NCBI RefSeq assembly: GCF_006345805.1
Contig: NC_043021.1
Location: 25,854,001 to 25,918,000, forward strand
Length of the DNA stretch: 64,000 bases
Direction of reading: 5' to 3'
Source: Octopus sinensis
Lineage: Eukaryota
The notes under the pieces are model-generated. The model was given only the letters and a program-made list of their open reading frames with translations, did no database searches and was not told where the DNA came from. Both the position numbers and the translations under genes were made by a program. This document shows positions 35,790 through 48,757 of the stretch, piece by piece (within the stretch, counting starts at the first letter, position 1; each line of letters opens with the position of its first letter).

Positions 35790-38700
35790 TCATAATATTG
35801 GTTTCAAATTTTGACACAAGGCCAGCAATTTCGGAGGAGGGCATAAGTTGATTACATTGACTCCCAAAAAATGAAAGGCAAAGTTGAACTCAGTGGAATT
35901 TGAACTCAGGACATAAGGATTGAGAGAAAATGCCAAACTAATCCTCGATGCATTAGTCTTCTTCATTAAAGCCCTTAAAAAAAAACGTAATTAGCAAATA
36001 TAAGAGAGAAACAATTGGTCAGAAACAAAAATAAAAGACAAAGGTTTATTTTTTTTATGTGTTGTTGATATTATCTTCAGTTTTAATGTCACAAATGTTT
36101 CCTTGAAGTCTTTTATTTCTTCTCAAAGTTCCGTTGCTGTTTTTGTTTATTTTGGTTTTCTTTTTAATGCTTTTTATTTGTTCAAGAATCACTGAAATTA
36201 TTTCGTTTTTTTTTTTCAAAAGAGATTATTAAAGTCAATTTCGGCTTGTTTCTCTGGAATACATTTACCATTCCTTTCTTGAAATAGAATTCAGCAGGCA
36301 CAACACTTTTTTTTTCTTTTTTGTTTTAATTAATAATAATAAATTCTTTTGATGATGATGACGGAAGTGGTAGTGATAACAATGATGGCAGTGATGACGA
36401 TGATGATGATCGTGATTTCTTGATAAGATATATGGCCTTAGGAAAGAGGTGATGAAAAGTTGTGGTCTTCAAGCCTTTTCCAATAGACATTACTAGATGA
36501 TGGAAGAAGTTAATCATTTCTTCTATAGGCACAAGGCCTGAAATTTGGTGGGTAAGGGGCAAGTCGATCAAATCAACCCCAGTGCTTGTTTTATTGACCC
36601 CAAAAGGATGAAAGGCAAAGTTGACCCCAGCAGAATTTGAACTCAAAACAAAGATGAATGAAATGCCACTAAGCATTTCACCCGGTGTGCTAACGATTCT
36701 GCCAGCTCACCACCTTTTCAATAATAATAATAATTATGTTTCTGGTTTAGGCATGTGACCACTAATTTCAATGGTAGTGGGATTGGTTGATACCAGTACT
36801 TGACTGGTACTTTATTTTATCAACCCTGAAAGGGTAAGAAGCAAAGTGGACCTTGGTGAGATTTGAACTCAGAATGTAAAGAGATGGAATACCACAAGGT
36901 ATTATTATTATTAAGTAGCAGCCTGAAGACTAATCATAATAATGATGGTGTCATACAACATGGCAAAAGGCCTCAGATTTGTAAGGGGGTGGAGTGGAGA
37001 GTACACAGGATATTGTGATCTTCATCTATTTCCCAAGAATATTTGATACATAAGTGAAATGGCTTCAGCTGGGAATTGAATCTGCTTCATGGATTCAGTT
37101 TGCCAATTGCGTATTTGTACTCTTCTGTACTTTACAACAGCTGTTATTATTATTATTATTATTATTATTAATAATAATAATAATAATAATAGGCCTTTCT
37201 GATATAAGCAGAAGGCCTGGAATTTTTTTTGGGGGGGTAGTCAATTACATCGACCCCAGTGTTCAACTGGTACTTATTTTATCAACCCCAAAAGAATGAA
37301 AGACAAAGTCGACCTCAGCAGAATTTGAACTTAGAATGTTAAGCTGGTGCTCCGACGCACCAACTGTTCTGCCAACTTGCAGCCACAATGGTAGCAATTG
37401 TTATTATTATTATTATTTCTGCAATTGGCAGCAAGCCAGCAATTTGCAAGGGAGGAAGTCTAGCTGACAGAATTGATTCCTGTATTTAACAGTTATTTAT
37501 TTTATTGATTGGGAAGGATGGAAGGCGAAAGCGAAAACAAGAAAAGTAAAGGAAACTATCAACAATGGCAGTATTTTGGACTCCGACTGAAGATGGAAGG
37601 TGGAAGTGGAGAGTGTGGAGAGGAGTCGGCTGCTCTGCTGTTGTTCCTGCCTCTCAATCACCACAATAATGATGATGATGATGATGATAATAATAATAAT
37701 AATTTCTAATATAGGCAGATTCCCACAAATATTTTGTATATATTTTGGAGGAAGGTGGGGGGGGGAGGAATAGTCAAGTGAACTGACATTACTATGTTAC
37801 TGGTACTTGTTTTTTGTATAACCGACTCCCACCACATGCCCCACCCGACCCCACAATGGACCAAAGCCAAATGTTGCTCTGAATGAGATTTCACCTCAGA
37901 ATGTCTCAGAAGGGAAGAGAGACAGTTGTTTGGACAGCACTGCGTGGGCCCTGTCACTACCTTCAATAAATATATCGCATATTTATACAAGGTCATGTAC
38001 ATTAGTACAAGGTCATACACATTGGCAGAGGGTCATAGATATTAGTATAAGGTCATCTACATTGGCACAAGGTCATACACCTTGGTGCAAGGTCATACAC
38101 ATTTGTATCGAGTTATATATTGGTACAAAATCACACATTGAAACCAGTTCAGACAAGTGTCCAAAATCATAGAATGTATGACCTCAGGTCATACATCCGT
38201 ACAAAGGTCATACGAGACCAAACATTTGTTCAAGGTTGCACATTGATAATGAACTGCATCATCTTCAGTAAGTCACCGATATTTATATTGCTGCCCCATG
38301 ATGGATGAAAGGAAAAAAAAAAAAGTCAGCAGCCCTAATGGGATCTAAACACAAAAGAGTTGAAAATGAAAAACTAGGACCCACAGCCCCACAGCCTACA
38401 CTTTTAGTCCCTCTCCCACCTTCTACCTGGAATATTGATAATAATAATAATAATAATGGTTTCAAATTTTGGCAAAAGGCCAGCAAGTTTGGAGGAGGGG
38501 TAAAGTCAATTAAATCGACTCCAGTGTTCAACTGGTACTTATTTTATTGACCCCTAAAGGATGAAAGGCAAAGATGACCTCAGCAGTATTTGAACTCAGA
38601 GCATAAAGACAGATAAGATTTCACCAAGCATTTTCCCAGCATGCCAAGGATTCTGCCAAACGAATGATTCTAACAGAAGCACAGGGCCAAAAGTTAGGAC

Positions 38701-39319
38701 AAGGAATAGTCATTTATATAGACCCTGGTCCTTGACTGCTACTTTATTTTATCAACCTCAGAAGGATGAAAAACAAAGTTGGCCGAGGCAGGATTTGAAC
38801 TCAAAATCTAAAGAGTTCTAACTTAAAAACCACAAAGAATTTTTAACCAAGGTTCTGATTCTTCCATTCCACAAATAATAATAATAATCCTTTCTACTGA
38901 AGGGACAAGGCCTGAAATTTTGTGGAGAGGGGACTAGTCGATTACATCAACCCCAGTGTTCCACCGGTACTTATTTTATTGACCCCGAAATGATGAAGGG
39001 CAAAGTCGACCTCGGTGGAATTTGAACTCAGAACATAGCAAGAGGTGAAATACCACTAAGCATTTCATCCAGCAAGCTAACAATTCTGCCAGCTCACCAC
39101 CTTAATAATGATGATGATGATGATGATTTCAAATTTTGGCACAAGGCCAGCAATTTCAGGGGAGGTGTATGTCAATTACATTGACCCCAGTACGCAACTG
39201 GTACTTATTGTATTGACCCCAAAAAATGAAAGGCAAAGTTAACACCAGAATGTGAGGATGGCTGAAATGCTGCTAAGCATTTTGCCCAGCATGTTAATGG
39301 CTCTGCCAGCTCACAACCT

Positions 39320-39361
<42 letters not shown>

Positions 39362-39577
39362 TGTTGTTTTAAATTTTTGACAGAGAGCCAGCAGTTTTGA
39401 GTGGGTGGAGCAAGTTGATTACATCAATGCCAGTAGCTGAGTAGTACCTTTTTTTATCGACCCCGAAAGGAGGAAAGGCAATGTGGACCTCAGTGTCATT
39501 TGAAGCCAGGACGTAATGAACCAGAAGAAATGCAGTAAGCACTTTGTCTGCTGTGCTAACGATTCTGCCAGTTTATT

Positions 39578-39600
<23 letters not shown>
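35790..39600 (-). mobile_element. Array of ~11 co-oriented family B SINE copies separated by (TAA)n/(TGA)n
   Basis: Repeated gatgaaaggcaaagt..gaatttgaactcag..gctaacgattctgccagctcacc blocks, all on the minus strand. Confidence 0.85.
37986..38141. repeat. 20-bp minisatellite (tacaaggtcatacacattgg), ~8 units
   Basis: Direct inspection; first units end alternately ttag/ttgg. Confidence 0.85.
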
Positions 39601-39608
<8 letters not shown>

Positions 39609-39720
39609 TGATGTGGATTATAGACACAGCCATATAGATGGGGGGAAGCAGAATATTTTCTGAATTAAAAAAAAAAAAAAAGGAATCAAAACAATATAAG
39701 TTTGTGTATGTGTGTGTTTG

Positions 39721-40079
39721 TTATACAGTTGTTTCCATGCCATTGTTAGGCGAAGGGACTGCTTCATTGTCTGTGGACAGGGATGCCATGGTGCAGTGAT
39801 AACGCATTTGGTGAATGGATGGTGCTGGTGCCGGTGGAGGTGGTGGTAACAGTGCAGGATCAAGTCCTTGATCATAGATTATACTTTCATACGGAGGAGG
39901 AGGATCGTAGCCCGGATATGGAGGCAGTTCAACTGGTTTGGGGAAGTCCATGCTAGAGAATATTCCAAAGAAGCCTTCCCAGGTGAGAATATCATAGGGG
40001 TCTGCATAAAGTTCCCCTATAGTTCCAATAGGACCTCGCTGATGGCCTGACTGTTGGCTTCGCCCAATATCCTGGTGTG
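39721..40079 (-). CDS. Gene B last coding exon: proline-rich tail with LPPY and PPPY motifs (HQDIGRSQ...NNGMETTV*)
   Basis: Acceptor tatctctttcctatag (alternative in-frame AG 21 nt upstream, exon start 40100); non-repetitive 3' part of ORF 39721..40503; TAA at 39721-23. Confidence 0.85.
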
Positions 40080-40117
40080 CTATAGGAAAGAGATAAACAC
40101 CTGCATATTCATATAAA

Positions 40118-40425
40118 ATATATATAAATAACATATATAGATACATACACAAAAGATACACACATATACATGTATATATGCATACATATATAAATACATA
40201 TATATACATACATATACATATATATACACATATATATATATATATATACATATACACATATATACATATACACATATATATATATATATATATACATATA
40301 CACATATATACATATACACATATATACACACACATATATATATATATATATACACACATATATACATACATACATATATATATACACACATATATACATA
40401 TACACATATATACATATACACATAT

Positions 40426-40456
<31 letters not shown>

Positions 40457-40519
40457 CACACATATATACATATACACATATATACATATACACATATATA
40501 CATACATACATATATACAT

Positions 40520-40543
<24 letters not shown>
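40118..40543. repeat. Compound TA/CA microsatellite
   Basis: Direct inspection. Confidence 0.95.
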
Positions 40544-40552
<9 letters not shown>

Positions 40553-43500
40553 AATAAAGTTACACTTGTAAGCTTCAGTTTAGAATTTGATTTGGTGAGT
40601 GAAACAAAGGAATTTGTTAGAAAATGAAATCACTAGAATGATCCCCAAAGAAGAAAACTAAAGGTGTTAACTTTAAATATTCTTTTCTACTCTAGGCCTT
40701 AAGGACCGAATTTTTGGAACTAATTTGTATTAGAAAAGAATAATATAAATTAGTTCCAAAATTTGGGGCCCTGTGCTCGGAGTAGAAAACTAACTTTAGA
40801 TATTAAAACATTTAATTAATTTTTATCCATTGATGAGTTCCAAATGACTTAATGTAATAATGAGTATCAGCTTTGTTGAAATACATCTTCTTCAATTGCA
40901 TAACCGAAATATGGTCTTTTGAAAAAGAAAAAGCTGTCTGGTTAAATTAAATAAATACACCATTTGACCATTTAAAACCTGTTCCATTTATTGGATTCTG
41001 TCTAACAAATTGATTCTGACAATGATTTTTTATACATACATACATATCTGTATACATATACACATATCTATATACATACATACATACATATCTGTATACA
41101 TATACACATATCTATATACATACATACATATACATTCATACATACATATATACATAATATCTATATACATGTACACACACACACACACACAGATGGGTAC
41201 ACAACCAACATTCCAGCAACTGATTGTCCAGTACCTCTTTGAATCCAGGTGAGCAGACTTGAATTTGCCATGACTATTGTTAACCTATTTTCACTACTAA
41301 GCCTTCATTTGTCTATTCACTAGTTACACACAATGAAGGTGGAAACTCTCCCCACACCTTCGATAATATCAGTGACAGGGAGGGGAGAGGTTGGTGTGCA
41401 CGGGCAACATCTGGTCTTCCATAAACAACTTTGCCCAGACTTGTGTGCCTCTGCGGGAGGTGGGGTAACTTCCTAGGTGCAATCCCATGGTCATTCATGA
41501 CTGAAGCGGGTCTTTACCCTTTACTTCAACACAAACATACAAACACTCTCCTTACACTGACCCATAATATTATAAAGATGAAAATGTTTAAATTTCAATC
41601 AAACACCATGTGAAAACCCCTTAAAGACTGTCTCCCTGTGAAGCACAGGCTAGTTGATCTCCCTTCACAGCAGAATATACACAATGTCCCCAGCATGAAA
41701 AGGGTCAAGATAAATATATGCCCTTCGTTGTTATGTCTAGAGTGGCAAGTAGTCAGGAGGTTGGGGCATGACATTAGATTTTGTTTTGAATATTTACACT
41801 TTCACTTCATATTGCTCGGGTGCTGTGTGGGGACCAGCAATGTGAAAAGGGACAGAGCCAATGTTTCCTGTGTGTGTCGTAAAAGGCAACTAAAAGAGGT
41901 TGGTGGAAGGATTTGTACTCCGGCCTCACAAAACCCTCACCAGCAACAGCTACCCAAAACAGACCCATGGGTTGGAAGGTTGTCAACTGAATGGTCAAAA
42001 GGTGCCATCTGCTAGGAACAGTAGGGAGTTACCAACAAATAATGGATGCAGTGACTCCATGTTTCAGAGCATTCCCCCACCCCTCCCCTGCCATATTACC
42101 TACTAGTGAATACCAAAAAATGGATCATGAAAGTTTTATAGTGACAAAAAATTATTAACAACATGGCAATACAATAATTATTATATAATCTTTTCTAATC
42201 CAGCAAAAATGGATAACCCAAGGCTGCCAGAAAATTGGTAATATACCTGTATTTTATGTCAATTTATGTGAGATAAATGTTAATTTATATGAGGTTATGT
42301 TAACATTTTAAAAGGTTCAGTTATTCATTGAATAATCGGGTTTGCTGTAATTTTTAGCTCTGATCAATAAAACCCGTGAATAAATGCATTCTAGCCATGA
42401 CCATCCTGTCTTTGTTTTCTCAGATACAAAATAAATAGAACTACTTCAACCAAAGTGTCCCTCCTTCTTTGAAAAAGTAATTTCAAGTATGGAATTTGTT
42501 TCTAGTAATAAGCAAAGGTATGCCAAGAAGGTTTAATACAAAGAAAAGTTAATAACTTGACAGCATTTTTGTAGAATGTAATTTGAAGAATATTTGGCTG
42601 CTGTTTCTAGCATATTAGACTACCACATAGAAGCCCCTCCATTGAAGTTTAAATGGAATAAGGAAGGGATTAGCATAACATTATTATCATTGCCAGAGCT
42701 GAGCAAGAACCAAAGTCTGTCGCTGATGAACGATAACATGAAATTGTTGAGAGAGCCAGAGCAAAGTTAGTAGAGAAATGGTCCCAGGATGGCATGGTTC
42801 TTATCGGACTGACAGAGAAAATCTTTGATGAGAACTAATTATATTTCATGGCATGGAAAAATTTCCATGGATTCCTTCTGCATGAAAAACACATAATTAA
42901 GTGTGTGTGTGGGGGGGGGGGGTTAATATGAAACAAAAAATAATTCATCAATTAAAAATTCCCAATAACTGGATGGAAAGGTGATTATCATGAAGGAATA
43001 CATGGATCGTTATCACTAACGAACATTCTTGTCAAGAAAGACATGGGCCACAACTCTGTATGTCCTTTTGGTTGAAAACTTTTGGTTCGCTTAGAACACA
43101 ATGTCTGTTCTCAGCTCCACTCAGTCGTGTGTCCACAGAAATAGAAATATGAAATAGGTTCCATTTCAGAAGCAGGGGAGTGGCTATCTTAAGATCAGTC
43201 CCGAGATAACCTTTGTATGTGGCACAGTGTCTCTCAGACAAGAGTTGCTAGGCAGCGAAAGCAATAACAGACAGATTAAGCAAGAGAGAAGAATGGCATT
43301 TTGTGAGTGAGGCAGAGTGAGCTGCTGATGTTCTGTGGAGGAGGAGGAGGAGAGGAGGAAACACTGTGCATACCATTAAAAGGTTACACATGGGTCTGTT
43401 CCCTAGAAACTTGAGAATGGTACCAACGCAGACAAGAGCATACCACCTCTCTTCAACATGCGATTATTATGATTGCATCGCATCTTGAAAGTTATGCTTT

Positions 43501-43617
43501 TTTTCAGCCCAAGAGAGGCAGTTAGGGTTAGTTTGTTCGCTTGGACTGCAGGTTCAAGTCATGCCATACGAATATTTCTCTGACATGAAAACAAGGATGG
43601 AATACAACATACAAAGA

Positions 43618-43977
43618 TTTACTCTTCTACTAGTTTCAGTCATTTGACTGTGGCCATGCTGGAGCACCGCCTTTAGTCGAGCAAATCAACCCCAGGACTT
43701 ATTTTATCGGTCTCTTTTGCCGAACTGCTAAGTTACGGGGACATAGACACACCAGCATTGGTTGTAAAGCGATGTTGGTGGGGGGGAGACAAACACAGAC
43801 ACACATACATATATATATATATACAACGAGCTTCTTTCAGTTTCCGTCTACCAAATCCACTCACAAGGCTTTGGTCAGCCCAAGGCTATAGTAGAAGACA
43901 CTTGCCCAAGATGCCACGCAGTGGGACTGAACCCGGAACCATGTGGTTGGTAAGCAAGCTACTTACCACAGAGCCAA
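43618..43977 (-). mobile_element. SINE family A, full length
   Basis: Head, core, microsatellite, CR1/L2-type tail. Confidence 0.85.
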
Positions 43978-44110
43978 AGATTTACCAACAAAGTCACACA
44001 GTAGCAGAATAATATGAATAGATTTCATTCCATATTTAAGACTGTTTACTTGTTGTAAAGTGAAAAATAATCGATAACAACTCTCCAACCAGAAGTAGTG
44101 ATAAACGTAC

Positions 44111-44185
44111 AAGAAGGGACCCGGCTTTTGGAGATGCCTCTTTGCACAGCACATTCAATAGGACCCAGGTGGACTTTTACACTGT
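44111..44185 (-). CDS. Gene B candidate 75-nt symmetric cytoplasmic exon (SVKVHLGPIECAVQRGISKSRVPS)
   Basis: Acceptor attttccttgaaacctttgattctgtag, donor CTT|GTACGT; open; phase 1 to 1. Confidence 0.5.
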
Positions 44186-44819
44186 CTACAGAATCAAAGG
44201 TTTCAAGGAAAATACAATTTCAAAAGAAATTATAGATCTCATGGTTCTCTAGAAAGTGCCAACCATTTTACAGTTTTCAAAATAACTGAAATTTATTTAC
44301 AGATGCAGTTAATTAAATGTGATTGCAAATGTCAACGATGTCGTTAATCAGCGGAAGCTGTGTGTAACATAATCTGTCTTCTTCTGAGATGAAAGGTTTA
44401 TTTTCCCTTCTTGGGAATGGCAGACACTCTAATGTGTTTCCAAAAACCAAGATAGATTCCTGTGTGGAAAGAGAGAGAGTTTGTTGAGGGTAGGAGTTAG
44501 CTCTCCAATGATGTTGTGCTTAAAGCTAATGAGATGCTGTCAGAATTGTTGGTTTGAAATGACTGGAGGCTGTTTTGTATTTGGTGTGTGTGTGTGTGTG
44601 TGTGTATGGAGTGAGCTTGGTAGAATGCAGGGAAATAGCTTCTGAGGAGATTTATATAATTGTGTGTGTGTGCAAAATGGGTAAAGAATGTGGAGACAAT
44701 TTGACAAGAGGCAGAAAAGGGATCAGCTGCAACTTGAGGAGTCACAAAGCTTACAGGTTATGTGATCCTTGGCCATATTCTTCACCTATATTTCTGTTAC
44801 ACCAACATTACAAGGCCCA

Positions 44820-44952
44820 TCTCTCCCTCACTCACTCACTCCTCTTTCTCTCTCATTCTCTTTCCCTCCCTCCCTCCCTCACTCCTCTTTCTCTCTCATT
44901 CTCTTTCCCTTCCCCTTTCCCTCCCTCATTCCTCTTTCTCTCTCATTCTCTA
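44820..44952. repeat. Polypyrimidine tract with three copies of cactcctctttctctctcattctct
   Basis: Direct inspection. Confidence 0.85.
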
Positions 44953-45025
44953 CCTACGGCCATGTGGCCATGTACGTTCCTCAAACAAACAATTAAAACA
45001 GGAGACAAGATAACAAAATACAAAC

Positions 45026-45217
45026 CAGTTCTTCTGTGCCGCAGAATTCTAGTCAGTGTGAAGCTTGTGTTGGGAGTTTCGTTGATCCGCAGCTGGCTCC
45101 GGCGCCATACATGATAGGTGAAAGCACTGGCAATTAACAGGATAAGTGGAATGACGATTCCGATGGCAAGCAGAAGGGTGTGACTTGATGTATTTGGGGC
45201 TGTAGTTTGATGGTAGC
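45026..45217 (-). CDS. Gene B TM exon (YHQTTAPNTSSHT LLLAIGIVIPLILLIASAFTYHV WRRSQLR...RHRRT)
   Basis: Acceptor tctttcgtttcattttcag, donor CTG|GTTTGT; 23-aa hydrophobic helix followed by basic residues; phase 1 to 1. Confidence 0.88.
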
Positions 45218-45374
45218 CTGAAAATGAAACGAAAGATTTAGGGAGTTGGGAATTAAATAGAGAATAGAAAGGGACAGGATTAAAGACTAAACCACAATGT
45301 TTAATGATTTATTAAGTCTACTATCAACAATACAATACAAAATGATACACACACACACACACACATATAATATT

Positions 45375-45735
45375 ATCATCATCACCATTTAACATCCACT
45401 TTCCATGTTTGCGTAGACCAGACAGAATTTGTTGAGGCAGATCTTCCTGTTGCCAACCCTCACCTGTTTTCAAGAAAGGTAATATTTCCCCATGACATTA
45501 CATGTTTTTCATGGAAGATTGGAAACAACTGACCACCCGTGTGCTGATGACACTCACAGTCATCACATGATGTCAAAACGAGGATATATTACACACGCAG
45601 AAGGACACGCATCCACTCACAGAACTTTGATAAGCCTAAGGTCAGACTAGAAGACACTTGCCAAAGATGCTACACAGTGGGATTGAACTCCAGACCAAAT
45701 TGTTGGGAAGCAAGCTTCTTAACCACACAGCCAGT
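45375..45735 (-). mobile_element. SINE, family A head with RTE-type tail
   Basis: catttaacatccactttccatg tail; agaagacacttgcc core. Confidence 0.7.
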
Positions 45736-46237
45736 TTGCCAATGGTGGTTGGCAGTCGAGGCTTGACGGGTTGGAAATCTAAAGTAAAACCTATGAAAGT
45801 CTGGGCATTTCCAAGAATGAGCAGAAGAAGAATTATGAAGAACAATGGAGAAGCTGCTGAGCAGGAAAGCATCTAGATGGTCCTGGCTGGAAAGGGGTGA
45901 TTGGGGGGGGGGCAGACTTAGGTATTTGATCAGCATAGGAGTGGAGTTGTTTGGATGAGGGTGTCATGTTGTAAGATCCAGGGAAACACCCAGCAACACT
46001 GATGACGTGTTCCAGCATTACTTTGGACTGCGGTAGGTTACCGTCTTGTTCAAGAACAAACTTATTTCTCACTGGTTGAAGGCTACAAACAACTTGAGAT
46101 GATCCTTACAAGATTATTGTGATTGGGAGAAGAAGATTAGCTGAATCATCTCACCAAGAGGAAGCGTTAATACATAGAATGGTCGATGTGTCTAAAAGGT
46201 AAACAGGCCTGAAATGATGAATAAAGGGACCTGGAGA

Positions 46238-46268
<31 letters not shown>

Positions 46269-46869
46269 GAAGTAATTTATTAGAAAGGGGAAAAAGTTAT
46301 TACTTACCATTATCTCCATTAAAGAGGGTGGTGGGCCAGGGTAGAGAAGTCGTAGGATCTATAATAACAATAATAATAATACTTTCTTACATTTTCCACA
46401 AAGGCAATAGATGAGAAGGGCAATTATAAAGACAAAGTGGTGGTGGTCGTGGTGGGCCTTGCACAGATAACTGAATGATTAAAAAATGTGTGAAGGCATG
46501 AAATATAAGCATCCATGGTGTCCAAATAATAAATAATGATAATATAATCTTCCTGATACAGAGAGCCTCCATAATGTGCCAATCAAGGGGTCCCACAGAT
46601 AACCCTAAACACCAAGGGTAAAATATCCCAAGTTATTCTCCAGCCTACTGAGAGCAGTATATTTAGGGTGGTTCTGTCCAGTCTTGCCATTTTCACCATT
46701 TCCACTCATCTTTAGAAGCAGTAAAACCAACCCTCCACAATAAGAATGGGTAAATACATATAAAATGGTAAAACAGATATTTCATTTGACTTTATTTTAG
46801 TACAAATAATTTAATTAACTCTTTCACTCATTACTCAGCATTCATGACCACAAGTGAGGCACAAAAACT

Positions 46870-47195
46870 GAAGGATTTCTGGAGTAACATGACTGGACAG
46901 AGTGCATAGCATGGAGATCAGGAATTTTCTCTGGGTTGGGATGGAATGTCTCTACATTGAAAGATCACAGCTCTGGTGCTATGAGCATGTGATTAGAATG
47001 TTACAGGTAAGAATTGGGAGATGGATTCTTTAAGCCAAACCAACTGGCAGGAGACTGAGGGATAGATGAAGAACAAGACAGTATGATCATGTCCATAGCT
47101 TCAGCTGGCCATGTTTGAAAATCCAGTTGGAAAGTCTAGTGACAGTTGCTTCTGACTGGATTCTATGGAGGAGGTGCTTTCCAGGAATAGTGGGC
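46870..47195 (+). mobile_element. Decayed RTE-type ORF2 C-terminal fragment
   Basis: ERSQL.WC.EHV.RM...WIL.AKPTGRR...RTR pattern with stops. Confidence 0.6.
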
Positions 47196-47862
47196 AGAAA
47201 AAAGATGAATATATGGATAATTACCAGAGAACTGTAATGAATTTATCCTGATAAAATGATTGTATTTGTGGCATACTAGCAGTGTGAACTCGCAACCACA
47301 GATTAAATTTATTGCGTAATTTGATTGAATTCTTTGCACCTAATCAATAAACATGTCTATTCGGTGAGAGTCATGGTTGCTATTGCCCACAGCAACAGGA
47401 GAAGCAGCATTGGTGCAGCGGTGCTATCAGCAACAGTGACATCAGAAGTATTGTGCAGTAACAACAGCCAACAGATCTCTTAACAGCAAACCCAATCAGT
47501 CAGGTCCCAATATCAACAACAGATATGAATTAGACAAAAATCAAAAGAGAACCAAAGTCCTTTTACTGACAACGGCCGATAAAAGTTACGACATTGAACT
47601 CTATTACAGGACTTCCCAGCTGAGCTTTCATTGAAAGTAGATGGTAGCAAAAATGAAAAATATCTATGTTCATTTATATGCATACATCACTACAGACTCA
47701 CTTGCATTTCTTCATATCTATTGCATATTCATACATATACGTTCTTTTATGTACATTTTCAGACTCATTTGCATGTATATGCACACACACACACACACAC
47801 ACACACAACTGGTTGAGCACCAAACCATCCAATTAAGACACGAGGACTATTTTGTCGAATAC

Positions 47863-47997
47863 CTGAAGGTGAGGTGCGGGGGGTTAACATAGAAAACATC
47901 ATAGATTCAACTATTTGTGTCCTAATATCTCTTCCACGAAAAGAAAAAAAAATGAACAAATATTCAAAACATTGGAATTTATTGTAATTGAAAGCTG
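47863..47997 (-). CDS. Gene B candidate symmetric exon (AFNYNKFQC...TPRTSPS), acceptor position uncertain
   Basis: Open frame within ORF 47765..48052, donor CAG|GTATTC; several possible acceptors; phase 1 to 1. Confidence 0.4.
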
Positions 47998-48028
47998 CTG
48001 TGGATGTGTGAGCACACACACACACACA

Positions 48029-48059
<31 letters not shown>

Positions 48060-48385
48060 CATAATCCCCACAACCACCATCATATTATTACTGATGTAAT
48101 ACAATGAAATATCACTTAATATGAAACCCAGTTTATGGTTGATGACAACTCCACCCATCCATAAACCATTTACACACAAACAATGTCAGCAGACAACATT
48201 TTTTGTCAAAATATTTGTAAAATAATGTATTTTCTCTCCTACTTGACACAGATAATCAACTAAACAAACACACTGGTATTTGTACTACAGACAGTTATAT
48301 AATGTAGTCAGTCTCTAGATACAAATACTGTACACATTTATATACTGTAGCCATAATATATACAATAATCAATGTAGCCATTCTA

Positions 48386-48530
48386 TGAGGGGGTGGGGCT
48401 GAAAAGTTCCAGGCTTTTGGGTAAAAGAAAATATAGGAATATGAGTTAATTGTGATTTTACCAAACATATTCCCCTCTCAGACTCAGGCACTTATTGCAA
48501 TGGTCGTTCAGTTTTCTAAGCCCTGTTAGA
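48386..48530. mobile_element. Partial copy of the 30556 mariner-type MITE
   Basis: Aligns with the reverse complement of ~30640-30747. Confidence 0.65.
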
Positions 48531-48612
48531 GACAGTCATCAGTGTTGATGGCTGAACGGACAAAGACGGTCATACAAATAGAGAGAACAAGAGACAAGAG
48601 TTCAAAACTCAC

Positions 48613-48757
48613 CAGGTATTATAGTAACTTTTGCCTTACAGTAAAAATTGGTTTGGTTTTGGAACTGTTTATTGATTTCAAGAATGCCATAGTAATGCTG
48701 ACCACCACGCAGATAAACAGGCTCACGATAGGAAGTTGTGTTACAGGTGAACTCCTT
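48613..48757 (-). CDS. Gene B exon 3 (KEFTCNTTSYREPVYLRGGQHYYGILEINKQFQNQTNFYCKAKVTIIP)
   Basis: Acceptor tgcttttctctctttttcag, donor CTG|GTGAGT; phase 0 to 1; not in the ORF track (too short). Confidence 0.85.

Noticed and set aside
37986-38141. Regularly spaced repeats suggesting a CRISPR array
   Set aside because: Tandem units without unique spacers, eukaryotic context, no cas genes.
42690-43600. Coding-like decayed sequence, perhaps an old non-LTR element (also 8090-8330 and 45880-46200)
   Set aside because: No diagnostic motif could be read with confidence in any frame.
44765-44800. Possible mini-exon GEEYGQGSHN on the minus strand
   Set aside because: Upstream sequence is purine-rich with no acceptor tract, and the phase-2 end does not fit the gene B model.
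47300-47470. AATAAAC followed by tggtgcagcggtg, resembling an LTR end plus tRNA-Leu primer-binding site
   Set aside because: The match is imperfect, with no second LTR, TG..CA termini or gag/pol sequence.
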